DNA from: Ophelia neglecta
Lineage: Eukaryota
Assembly (NCBI GenBank): GCA_965285935.1
Contig: OZ260661.1
Span: 41,230,001 to 41,294,000 of the forward strand
Length of the DNA stretch: 64,000 bases
Direction of reading: 5' to 3'
The position numbers were made by a program, and so were the translations under genes. This document shows positions 40,548 to 52,800 of the stretch, one piece after another; within the stretch, counting starts at the first letter, position 1, and each line of letters begins with the position of its first letter. Below the pieces are notes generated by a model, which searched no databases, was not told the origin of the DNA, and saw only the letters and a program-made list of their open reading frames with translations.

Positions 40548-43500
40548 CTGAAATAGAAGAAATATTGATTAAAGACCCCATTTGTTAAATAAAAAAATAG
40601 GTTCTGCATGGGTCTAACTTTATACATGGCATAACTGCACATGGTTCGTCGATCAACTCCTAAGGGCTGTTTATTGTATCTACAGTCGTAATATTTGCTG
40701 AACAAATTGCACATGCAGTGTTGTTTTCTTTTTGAAGTTATCGCCAGTCTGTATTTTACATTCGAAGAAACACCTTCTTTTCTAACATTTGGCCCCCACC
40801 CACAGTAGGAATCCCCATCTAACACGACCGTGTGGCTCTCTAACAGAGAGTTATGACGTGTCTTGACCTCAGTGTCAGTTTGCTCAGAACGATGGAACCG
40901 TTCGGATAGTTGTTAATCGCCGGAGGGCCTCTCCGGTCATTAATCTTCTCAGCTGCCCCGAGCAACTGTTGCCTGATGAGAGCAAGCTCATAACAAAGTA
41001 CGAAAATATCCCGCAGCCTTGCAATTATAATATCACTATTAATTAGGTCCGCCGTGTTAATTACAGAGGTCCGTAAGTATGTATGTCCACGAACATAATA
41101 GGCAATCCGCTCTTTAGTAAACAGGAAAACAAGCGATGAGCCGCTTTCCAAACAAGTAAACATGTACATGTCGGCCACGAGGCAGGTTATCTTCTGGGCA
41201 GCGCCTTTTGGCGGTAGCGGTACATCACTTTGTCAATAGCAGTGCAACCGAATAGCCCTGAAGGAATTAGAAAAGGATAATCCCATCTGACTAGGGTGGC
41301 TGGATTAAAGAAACCCGAGAAGATAGTTTAGCGCCTGTATAATTGGCAATGAAGCGTAGATAATTGAGAGCTAATTGCAGAGGTCGGCGACTGAAACATA
41401 GACGAACAACTGACGTTTGGCTTCTCGGAATTCCAGAGGGAATTGGCGAATCACCCTGATATCTCACAGCTTGGCGACCAAAGCTTTGAGCCTTCGCCTC
41501 ACTAACTGATAGGAAATTCCTGCTTGCCTTCTAGGCTGATGTATACCGTCGTACTCGAAAGTAGTTTGCCAAACCGCCATATTTCAAATTTTAGAAAGGG
41601 TGGCAAAATATCCCTTACGTGATAAGTAGTCAGTTTTTTTAATTTCTATAGGCCTATGTTAGTAAAATTTAATTAAATACTCGCCACGCTAAAAACTGAA
41701 TTGCTTGCTTGGTCTCGTAACAAAACTGCGTTAGTCAACGCGCAAAACTCCTCAGTGTTAAGGTTCATATTTATCGGTCGTTAATAGATGTAGCCAAAAA
41801 GAGCAGCCACTATGGTTTTAGTATCAATATAGAACATCTGTTGCATTGCAAGCACGACTAATTTACGAAAAAGAGAAAGAAAAATCATTGTTTTCAGCCA
41901 ACGATTAAAGAGACCAACAGCTGAAAGCCTCAATAAGCAATAAATCAGTCCGCGCTGGTAAAGATAGAACAGGACGGTAAACTGTTTTAACCCTCGGACA
42001 CGTGACGCGTCTTCGCGTCGTCTGCAAGACATATAATGAGAAGATTTGAAAAGTGGTCTCCATACACCTGAAGAACCAATCAGATTCCTATAACAGTGAC
42101 GACATCTATGCCAGGCATGTTGCATATTATTTCACTGACAATCAGTCGATTTCTGCACGTTTGTCAGAGTTTTCATCGAGTTGGTGGTTTGTAAAAGATG
42201 GTTTTCGCCATGTTTTTTGTGCCCTTTTGTGAAACTCAAGTGCAACACAAGTGCTGTACTTGATTCAAACCTGGTCTTATTCTGTTTAAGACCTGATGTA
42301 GTTTTCACTAGTTCGGCCCTTTTTCTATGAACATATAAATCAGTTTTAATTGCAAGAAATAGCTTATTCACATTTCACCAAGGGAGCGTGATTGCAATAC
42401 TAAAGTTGTTCTGCTTTAACGTAGCTGCATGGTGCAAATTTTAAAGTCATTGTACGTAAAAAATATTTAGATTTTCCCTTCCACCTTTTGAATTTGAACA
42501 TTTACCTTTCTCTTTCGCAGGCGGCTTGGTAATAACTGGAATTTACATTGTATAACTATATATTTAAACCCATCATGATGTTGTACACACATGTACCAAT
42601 TTTTTAAACATCCAAAGTAGATCTACCATTCAGAGGCCAGGATTAACGGTGAGTTTGCGGTAAAATGACAGATGATAGCGCAAAGCACAGGAGAACGCAC
42701 AATAACAGCATGTGCCTATACTTCTAAATGTGCGAACTTCTATAGCACAAATGTTTGTTATACTCAAATGTGATCATGCGTTGTGATGTATTAAAAAGCC
42801 TTGCTATAATTAGTCAAACACGTCAATGAAAAAAGAAAATTAACTCTTTCTTTACAGATTATCGTCGGAATCTGTAACGTTGGTAACGACGAACAACACG
42901 TGGGTGTCCCCACGGGGTGCGCAACATAATATTCTATGTATATACATGGGGCAGAAACTTAACCGAGGCAGCCTGCGTCCAGACCCGCTTGTTACAGTTT
43001 GGCAATGTGACTGGGGACAACTTTTAATAGTCAGTGTCAATCTATGGAAATAAGGTCATGAAAAGAAGGAATTTGGTTACCGTCCCAGCAAATTCAAATA
43101 GCTATGAGAAAGGGTGGAAAGTTAGCATACACGCACACAGCTCCCATAATGTGATCTAATTTATTTTATTTATCAAAATTTATTTAGACTGGATATTTAT
43201 CAGCTTATGGGGGTCCAAATATATCATTTTGTGACTTTTAGAAACATGGAAAAGGTAACACAAGCATGTTTAATTTCGCTGATAAATAAAAAGAATACTT
43301 ATTAAACTTATTGGAATGGTAGGCATAAAGGCAAAAACACACTCGTTTTAATAATCTGTGGCGCGGCAGACGACACAAATAGACCGTATACTCAGAACTG
43401 GACATAGCCTTCATTCCGGCAAAACGCTTTATCCACCAGTTCGTGTCGTCTGCCTGGCTATACACCCTCAACACAGATGGCGTTTTATTGCGTGTAGTTG

Positions 43501-46500
43501 GCTCTATAGTAGTCTGTGTAAAGCTTGGTGTCTCTCTTGACCTCGTAAATAGATTGAATTAAGGATCTGATCCACAATTTATTACTACCAACTAATGCAC
43601 ACGTTTCCCTTCTTCAAAATAAATGAGCCAGTCCGTAAGGATTTAGGACAAGGAGAGCGAAATATATTAATGCAATAACTCAATGCGATAACCAACACAT
43701 GTCAAAGTAACTAACACTGTCCAATTAATTGAGGGAAATTGAAAAAAAAGAACTGTAGCATATCATGTTATCAAGGAAACCGCAATCAGAACTGATCGAC
43801 ACCTAACCAAAGACATGACAATCTGTGCCAGGAATAGGATTGTTGCATGCTGCTCACGATGTTACGGGGTGCCCAACAATAACTCTTGGATTGAGAGATT
43901 AATTTATTATCCTATCAAACTTAATCGCTTCTCCATACACTGAATTTGCATGTTTCAAATCAGAATCAGCCAATGTAATGACACATTGGGGCAGAAAATC
44001 TATAGGACAACTATCTGAAACAAAGAAATTGATTACCAGTATAGGCCTATACTTTCTCATTAATGTTCTTTTTGTTCATAGCGTCTATTCCATATAAGGT
44101 TAACAATAAATTGTAAAAACTAAGCTCAAATCTGCTATTTAGTAATTTTGAATGAAACAAATTAAGACACATATTATCGAAAATGATTCTCTGGTATAAA
44201 TTCATTACTAGTATGTCTAGTTATAGTACTCAATGCTTGAATGTATAGGCCTAGTTGTTGTAAATAAATTTCCCATTAGACATATTTCTTCACAGTTTTG
44301 AAGCGTACCACAGTCACAGGTACGCGTTCATAATCAAGTGTCTGAGCTGACGGCGGCATCAGTCGATAACCATCAGAGCAAGTAGCTCTTGTTGAGCATA
44401 TCTCTATCCTAGCTCGCAGGTTATTTAGGGCTGGATGGAGGAGACCGCCTCAGACCACCAACGATGTCTGCTCTCCCGTCGTGGGACGATACTGAAGCCC
44501 TGTAAACCAAGACAACCGGAGGAGCGTCTACCCCGAAGAAGTAAGATACTACCCCGTTGAATTGAGAGACAACCCCGATGTGTCGCGAGCTACGAGTCTT
44601 CACATAGCTCTACAACATGAAACGTCTAGTCCGGCATATATATAGACTATGTCTATCTAATTGCTAAAAGACCTATAGGCCTATAATCAGGCAAAATGTT
44701 CAAAATAAAACCTATAGCCCGTTGATCTGAATTCAACAAGCTTTTGAAAATGAATCACATATGATTTGATAATTAGAAATAGTACAAAGACACCATACTG
44801 TCATAATTAAGTTGTGCATATTGACACTCGGGTATTTCCATATTCGTATGGATTTGCCAAATGTCTATGATTGTCTCTTTAAGACTATAAGATGCAATAA
44901 ATGAAGACTCATGAAGTTTTAATAAGTTGATATAATGGTTTTTGAACTACGAGAATGGTAACAAAACAAGCAGATGTCGGCAAATGTTGCACGTGACAAA
45001 TCCCTCTGTCTCGCCTGCCTGTTTGTATGGCATAAATTTCCGCAGATGGCCGTAAATTACCGGAGAAAATTTCCGGATATATTTCCGGATTTTTCCCGGA
45101 GCGTTATCTGAAGTTAATGAATTTCCACTCGCAAACAGTATCCTTTCTTGGGCAAGTGTCAATTGCCACGACCACCTGAGGAGGAGGATTTTTAGCGCGG
45201 CAGACGACACAAAAGGCTAGTGGTTATCCATCAAGCTTAATATCCACAACACACTCCCGATGTGAAATTCATTGTGTCGAGGTCGATTATTTTCATTATG
45301 GGCCGGGTAACGCACAGTGTGATGTAGTCACATAATGTCCTTCTAATAAATCAGAGCTCTTATCTAATAACTCCACACGTTCATCCGGGTATTATAACTC
45401 TGGCACTTCGGGGATGATATCTCCCAGAAGCCGGGGCTCTTATCGCGGGATAATTTGTCTCTAAACGATCGGTGGCAATCGAGCGACTGCGGAGGAGCAA
45501 TATAACACGGGTTAGGAAAGAGTATTACCAGCCTTTTCCATTAAGCTTAGGCCTACTGATTCCAGTATCTATCTGCAAGTAATTTAAATAACTACATTGT
45601 GAAGGCCTCGGTGAATATCATAATGTATTTTTGTTATATTTCATCCATAGTTTCAGTGCCAAACGTCCGTTACAATTCCAAAACATTAACTTCTTAAAAT
45701 ACCTGAAACTGGGAATCACATTGACATTAAAGTTATTCTGATTTTTGTGTTAAAAAACAGAGTGTTTATCAGAGAGGCATATGTCAGCATATATTTAATG
45801 ATTTGTGTCCACTTGATATCGTATTCTCGTGCCTCTTTTCAGAGATTGTTTGCGTCTCTTCGCAGCAGACACTTCACGAAAAGTCCGCCATTTGGCTGTC
45901 GAATTGTGAGTGTTTAATAGCGGGTAAAATGGTACTTTACTGTGTTGTAATCGTCCCGTATTGACATGAGAGAAATGTCGAAAGCAAGACATTGCCATCA
46001 GCAGAACATGTCTGTTAATGACCACCATAGAGACAGGCGAGATTTGATCTGATTTTACACTTTTGCAGACGAAATACCACACCGCGGGAAATTAGATGGC
46101 ATGTCGTAAAATGTATTGATTTGTTGTGTACAAAGGCCAAAAGCGTCCCCTCTTTTGCTATTTGAATTAAAACGATCATGTTCAGATTGCAAATCAGATG
46201 GATATATTTGCAGTGGATTTTAGTTTGTCAATAGGAAACGACTTAATTTGCCCATCATGATTAATGAGCCCACTTTAATATCTCAGAATGATTCAAAATT
46301 TTCTTATCTGAAACCAAACGACACAACTGAGCACCCGCGCATCAGTTCTCCCAGGCTTTCTTGCGGTTAAGTACCGTGCTCTCCAATTAATAGAGAACAC
46401 TCTTCTCAATATCACCAAGAAAAGAATCTGGTCATAAGGTACACACCGGTAGCGCGTCATAATAGGACAAAGAAAACCAAGAGGACTTGAAAGGATGACA

Positions 46501-48705
46501 AGATTATGACCATTTTATTTGGACTTAAAACGTTAGACTTTTGGCCTATAGGCCTTATGGTTTCGAGTCCAAAAATGAATAAAGTCCTAAAGCCACGGGC
46601 CTATAGGTCTACTTTCCATACGATTATATAGGCCGGCGGGTTGAGACGACAAAATGAAGTTGTTTTTTTAGTGTAAGCTGGAAAATCTGGCGCTTATGAT
46701 TTAACATAAGAAAACAACGATGGTTAATGAGAAAAGCAAAAATCGCGGGTTTTTGTTAATAAAATATTTTTTAGGCGAAACGTCCCTTGTTGTATGAGCA
46801 GTCTTTTATTAAATATAACAGTTTAACGGCATGCCAGATGTTATAAACTAACGTGCGAGTCACACCTGACGTTGTGAACAACGGCTTCAATCGTCTGCTG
46901 CTCAAATATATGGCTTCACTCGGAATGATTTATAGGCATTTGTGCGGTCAATATAGATTATGTAATCTTGATCAATTGACTTAATGAGACACACAAATAA
47001 ACTAACTATCACATAAGGCCAATGATGATGTCAAAGCCGATAAAATTTTAATTGGTAAAACTCGGTGTGTTTGTTTTCTCTTGTTTTACATCGAAAAATT
47101 ATGAATAAGCCCTAAAAAATCAATATGATCATAAGCTCTCACAAAACCTGGAAATGCTGTTAACTACAAACTTCGGGGGTCGTATTGTCACTGAAATTAA
47201 CAAAGGTAGGCCTGTGGTGCAGTCATCTATAATGTTTACGAATTAGTTCGGTCATAAATATTTTTTACGGAAATTAGCAAATGATGGACTTCAATATTGC
47301 GCACGCTTTTCTGCCAATCTGATATTCAAACCTAAATTATATTGTAAGTGGTAACATCTGGTATATAAAACATTATATGAAGACAAGATTTGTGGAACGG
47401 GTATAGGGTTGAAGGCAGCCGGGTAATTATATTATGTTCTTCATCAGTACCTAGGAGTTATTATACCTCGATGTGTTTATCTACAGAAATAGCACTATGC
47501 CTATATATTTATAGAGGAATTTTTGTTCATTAAATTGCTCATGTACCCACGGATGGTGTGATAAGCTTGGCAAAAAAGAAGGACATTTATTCTGGCCTTT
47601 CTGGCGTTAGACTTCATGGAAAACGGGGTTTCTTTGGACATAGGCGAGCTATTGCTGAAATTTTCAGAATACATGAATTTGAATCTGAGGCTACCAAAGA
47701 ATTCTTGACAAACTTTGGAAATATGTTTGGTTGGAGCTTACAAGTTTAACATGATCTGTTAATATCAATGATGTACAGGACTGCGCAATCTGTTAAATTT
47801 ACAGTATATTATTTTAACCAGTATTCTAGTTTTCTGTGAGTATAGTTCTGGACACTTTAATAAACTCTCCTGGCTGACGGAGATAGTCTAGATCTATGAT
47901 ATAATTTCGTCCCACGGGACAGTATCATATGTGAGGTATTCTTGTCTGTCTTATTTGATCCGATATGGGAGTGACTTTTAATCATTTGCCTATTGCACTT
48001 GTGCTTCAACTTAAAAATCATTTCTGATCCACATTTATTTATTTATAAAATGCATGCCTTCCTATCGTCCATGATTTCATTAAGCCAATCTGCAGATCAT
48101 ATTTAGTTCACCCTATAGACCGATTGCAATTCAAATAATATAGGCTTACGATGTGCATTTGATGACATTTATTATAAATGTTTGATCGATATATGTAGTA
48201 GTGTGTAAAAGAAGTAAGATCGTCTGCCTGAGTGTCATTTCTAATTGCCACATATATGATACATATCTTGTTAAATATCTGGCCCATGTTTCGGTCCCTG
48301 CACACTGCTGCCAATTATTATTGTCAGGTTTGATTTCTTAAAACAGGCCATCTGTGATTTATTCTCTAATATATTGATTACGCATAACTATTATGCATGG
48401 CAGAATTGTCATAATAGTTTATTGTTGAAAATTCCAAACATAAGCCCATTCATTTCGTCCCTGGATTGTAATTTCCTTGTTTGAACAAACCGAGGTATTG
48501 AACACAAAACAAGGTGAGCAAACCCGTCTTCGCAACTCCCTGGCAATACAGAATACAAACTATGGCGGGTATTTACAGGCCACTGGATTCATAAACCAGT
48601 CCCAGCCTTAGACATTTTTCAATTATCAATGATTTCAGTTTGTGTAAAGATTATTAGATGTTTCGACACTAAAACAAAGAATAAAAGGTGATAACTTACG
48701 CCTAC
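40548..48705 (-). other. en: engrailed intron (phase 1, 8158 bp with the proximal donor)
   Basis: GT...AG boundaries restore the EH2-EH3 reading frame. An alternative donor GTAAGT lies at 48699-48694. Confidence 0.88.
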
Positions 48706-49450
48706 CTGACGAGGGTCTATCTGAGTATCGGGTGCAGTAGACCCAGGCCGGCCAGAGCTGTTCCGGAGAAGGGGACTGACGTCCCGAGGAACTCGACTTG
48801 TTTTTGGCTATTCCCTCCAAATCCGGGTGTTTGGATGCGGGCCGTTTGCTCTTTGGTGAGGAGAGAGGGGAGCTGTCACTCGAGCTGACACTGGCCGTGC
48901 TGTTACATCGTCGCCGGTGGTCGATCTCGTACGAGGGCGACAAGTGACTTGGTCCTTGGTGGTGGCGATGAAAGTTTCGAGAATAACCTACCCGATGTAA
49001 CGAGTGTAAACTAAGACTTATGTCTCGGTCCTGAGATTTGAAAGCCGCGGAGGGCTTAACGTCCTCAAACGGTCTCCATGTACAGCCGTTTGTCCGACCA
49101 GGTTTTGTGTTTTTCACCCCGAATTCGGGTTTGAGAATGTCCTCGATGAGAAAGTTTGTGACACGGATGTCCTGCTCCTGAGGCGCCTGTTGGTGGTGGT
49201 TGACATTTGGTATCAGGGCTCCATTGTCGTGTTGTACTGCCTCAAGATGAAGATTTGGAGACGCCGCTGGAGAAGGGCCGTCCCCCTCCTCCGGAGATGG
49301 GGCCCGAATGTCCCCCGAGAGGTCCCTTGATGAGTCGGTCTCCATTTGCTCCTCCACTTCGTCAGTTACATTAATATTCTCGTCAGAGTCACTAAAATCG
49401 TCCATTTGTTCAATTTTGAGAGGAGCCGTTTCTTCAGTGTCAACAGCCAT
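48706..49450 (-). CDS. en: engrailed-family homeobox gene, coding exon 1 (MAVDTEE...EH1...EH2)
   Basis: Translation contains EH1 'VTNFLIEDILKPEFG' (49118-49162) and EH2 'LWPAWVYCTRYSDRPSSG'. The ATG at 49450 has a strong Kozak context (ACAATGG). The exon ends at TCAG|gtaggc (GT at 48705-48704), the conserved engrailed intron position. The ORF-track start at 49630 is a GTG; a weaker in-frame ATG lies at 49591. Confidence 0.93.
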
Positions 49451-49506
49451 TGTAATTTTCCTTATGAGTTGACCACTTAAAGCTGCAACAGTTGTGTCTC
49501 GGCTTG

Positions 49507-49521
49507 TCAAAGCAAGTCCAT
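49507..49521 (-). other. short upstream ORF (MDLL*) in the putative engrailed 5' UTR
   Basis: ATG GAC TTG CTT TGA on the minus strand, out of frame with the main ORF, between the candidate TSS (~49636) and ATG 49450. Confidence 0.5.
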
Positions 49522-49629
49522 GTACAGATAGTGTTCGTGGGCAGCGCAAAAAGCCGTCTTCCTTAGTGCTATGCCACTCCAATGACTTCATATGACTGAA
49601 TTCGACAAACGACAACAGTGGTATAGACA

Positions 49630-49830
49630 CCTCACTGATTTAGACTGGGGAGTAGCGGGGAAGGCGGAGTTTGGAGATTGAAACGTCACAAATTGTGCCA
49701 GCCAATGAGCCGGTAGCGGCGGGCGGCAACTGGGCGGGAGATGGAAGGCAGTCTGGTCTGCTCGCGGCCATCAGAGGTGAACCGATGTCAGCTCCTCACC
49801 GGAGGCTGTATCTATTAACCAATGATTGCT
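49630..49830 (-). promoter_or_regulatory. probable TATA-less core/proximal promoter of engrailed
   Basis: Inr-like TCAGT on the minus strand (A at 49636), TGACGT (49688-49683), CCAAT boxes (49702-49706, 49819-49823) and GGGCGG boxes (49721-49726, 49732-49737) in a locally GC-rich stretch just upstream of the CDS. Confidence 0.55.
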
Positions 49831-52800
49831 TTCATTAGCATGCTCATTGTATGGCTTCCATCAACGCTAGCTTCCACTAACTTGTTACTCGGCTATTGTG
49901 GCTTAATTGAATGCTCGGGGCGAGAAGAGAAATCAAGAGCAGCCCCATTAAGTCGCTGACAAACAACCAGCTTAGTAACATATGCCACTTTTTACCAATT
50001 TCTGGTCGTCCTGATGGCAACAAAAGCAATCTAGTTGTATTGTGGTGTCTGCTTCAGTAGACTAGATATTGCAGTTAATCTATTGAAACATTATTAAATT
50101 AATTCAATCATAAAGTTACAATCAGATCAATACTTCAAGTGATAACCGAGCATCATCTTTAAAAGACACAGAATGTATCTATAACTACAATTGAACAATT
50201 TGCAGCAATATGCGAGTCTAAACATTGTAAAACTGGGTATACAAGTTGTGTATATTTCAATTAATTATCAAAAATGAATCAAGATTTTATTACTTTGCAT
50301 CGTCAATGACAGTGGTACAATAAAGTAACGTCTATTTCTTTGAAAACAATCAATCCATGTGGCATTTGGAATTCCATTCCTAAAAATTAAACAAAGAGAA
50401 ATTGTGGTACAATAAAAGGAAGAGATTGTGACGGTGGGACAGGTAACGCCTGCCATTGTACCATTTTAATATTGATGAGCAGTTGCCATATCAGATACAT
50501 GCATTGTTATGAATAAATAAAAGATGTGACACAATTCTTCGTCCTGTTCATTATAATTACTTTATATTCGCAAATAAAAAAAATTCAAATTTGGCATTTC
50601 ATTTTGTGTAACTTGAAGTTTTAGATATATTGTACTTTTTATCTTGCATTGTTGAGTATTTTTGTTCCTGCTCTCGAGTATTTTTTTCGCTGGAATAATT
50701 AAGAGCTTGTTTGACTTTTAACAGTGTGAATCTTATAGATTTTTTTATGATAGTTAGCTATAATTGCCTACTGAATCATTGGTGGGACTAAAGGATTGTG
50801 AAAAAGGGGGGTTTGTTCTCCCAGGCAGGGTGTGGGGTGGGTGTCTCTCTCTAGGAAGGGGTCTGGGGGCTAGCCGAGTACAACTGGCCGCAGAAAGGAT
50901 AAGGGTTAGGGTAAGGACCATCGTGCACATGTCTCTGAGGATCCGCCAAATGTGTGAGCCGTATAGATCTCGCCGCCCCATACATGATTTTGACCAGCAC
51001 GGTAAAAGAACTATACAGGCCTACCAATCTTATTAGTTAAGTGCCCCGATAATGTATACAACAAATTTATATTCTAAATGTAAATGTCCCGAGTGTATTC
51101 TAACAAAGTTTGTTATGCTAGCAGTTTTCAATTAGAAGTGTTTGCAGCAGAAGATGACTCGAGTTGATTTAAATTCATGTCATTATGGAAGCTAGACATA
51201 TCATTTCCCTAGAAATGACCGGGTTCAAAGGTGCCGCGCTTCGCCGCCATTAAACGTCTGTTCTGCGCAACTGGCTTCTTCTCAACTTTGCATTTCACCA
51301 ATAACTATGCAAATTCATTACTGACAATGCAAGATAAACAAAGTAGACTTGCTAAATTGTTTCCATCTTGTAACTAAAGGCCGCCGAGAGGCCCGTCTTT
51401 AATTAGAGTCATCTTTTCAGAAGAATTGATCAGCTATGAAAATGACTAATGTGCTGTTCGTTTCAGGGTAGATGGCCATCTCTCAAGAGTCTGTGATATG
51501 CGCTCACCAAGGCGGCTAGTGGCATATGGAATCAAAGAACAGCACTGGGCAGATTCTTGAATTTGATGGCAATTACTACTGATAATTGGATCCATCGTTT
51601 GATCGTCGATAGATTGAAAGTCATACTGATTTGGTGAGCTATGGTAGTCATGGATGTCTTGTCTCCGAGTCCTGGGGCGTGTGAACAAGACAGATCTCGC
51701 TCTCCGAAATTTCGGCGTCTGCAACCATATGGTGGCTGGTCGATACCAGATGGGCCAGGATAACGAACTATTTGAGTTTGTTTCATCCCATTAAAGACTA
51801 CATACATCATAAAAAACGATACATTTTTTTAGAACATTTTCAAATCGGATACAAAATTAATGTCCGCTGCATCGTTTGAGACAGGTGAACTGTAGGTGAC
51901 TCAAAACTTGCTGAAGAAAGTCCCGTACAGGAGAAACCATGCACTGTTCAGGGCTAATGTAATAGTTTGAGATTTTTGGTTCATTTTAACGTTTGAGATT
52001 ATTATGCAAAACTCCTTTGTTCAAAATAAACGGCTCATCCCTTTCAATTTTGGTAATAGATCATCAAATATAGTTGTTTAAAATTGCAGGTTTCAAAGTG
52101 GTTACAAATTTCTATCTAACTTGAGATCGTGCATAAGAAAACACCTGGATTTTTTTGAAAGAATATAGTCGGGTGTTTCTACAAGGAATGCGATTTGCAC
52201 TGCGACGAGGGGTAAGAATGATGACTTAATACCTGTTAGTTTGTGTGCTTTGTTTGCTCTGTATAGTCAAGTATGTAGAGCTGTTTAGCAGTCTTATATT
52301 CTAATGTGGAACTCTTCATGCGTTTAGATATTTTATTTAGCGGGGACGCATCTCGAGCCGATGTTCTTACCGAGTCGAATAGGGGTCAACCGCGAGGTCA
52401 CCTGCCGTCAAATGTGCATCAAACACATTCACTTTTAATTGCCTTTACATTGAACCATGTGTCACATCATAACAATAATTTAACAATGGTAAGATAAATC
52501 GAAGTCAGGCTGAATCCGAGAGTCACTGGCTCCCTGTATGTGGTGAGACTCGATCCTACATATAATTATAGCCTGAACATAACAGTACAAACCTCGCGTC
52601 TCTGTTGGCCGAGACCACCCAAAAACAGCAACAGAAGCAGACGACATATATACACACTCGATTTAAGTAGCTGTTGGGGTAGACTAACAACCATCGGCTG
52701 TAACCGCAACGAAAATGAGCGGGAGGATAGTGGGAATTGACAACTTCTTTTTCAATGTCATCAACTTTGGGGCTTGATGTGGCCTGGGAAAGTTCGTAGA

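Noticed and set aside
40041-40588. Plus-strand ORFs overlapping the homeobox, and the '[11 protein letters not shown]' N-terminus of the minus-strand ORF
   Set aside because: Antisense shadows of the en exon and intronic sequence upstream of the acceptor at 40548.
48635-48699. ORF-track extension of en exon 1 (KLSPFILCFSVETSNNLYTN*)
   Set aside because: Read-through into the intron beyond the splice donors.
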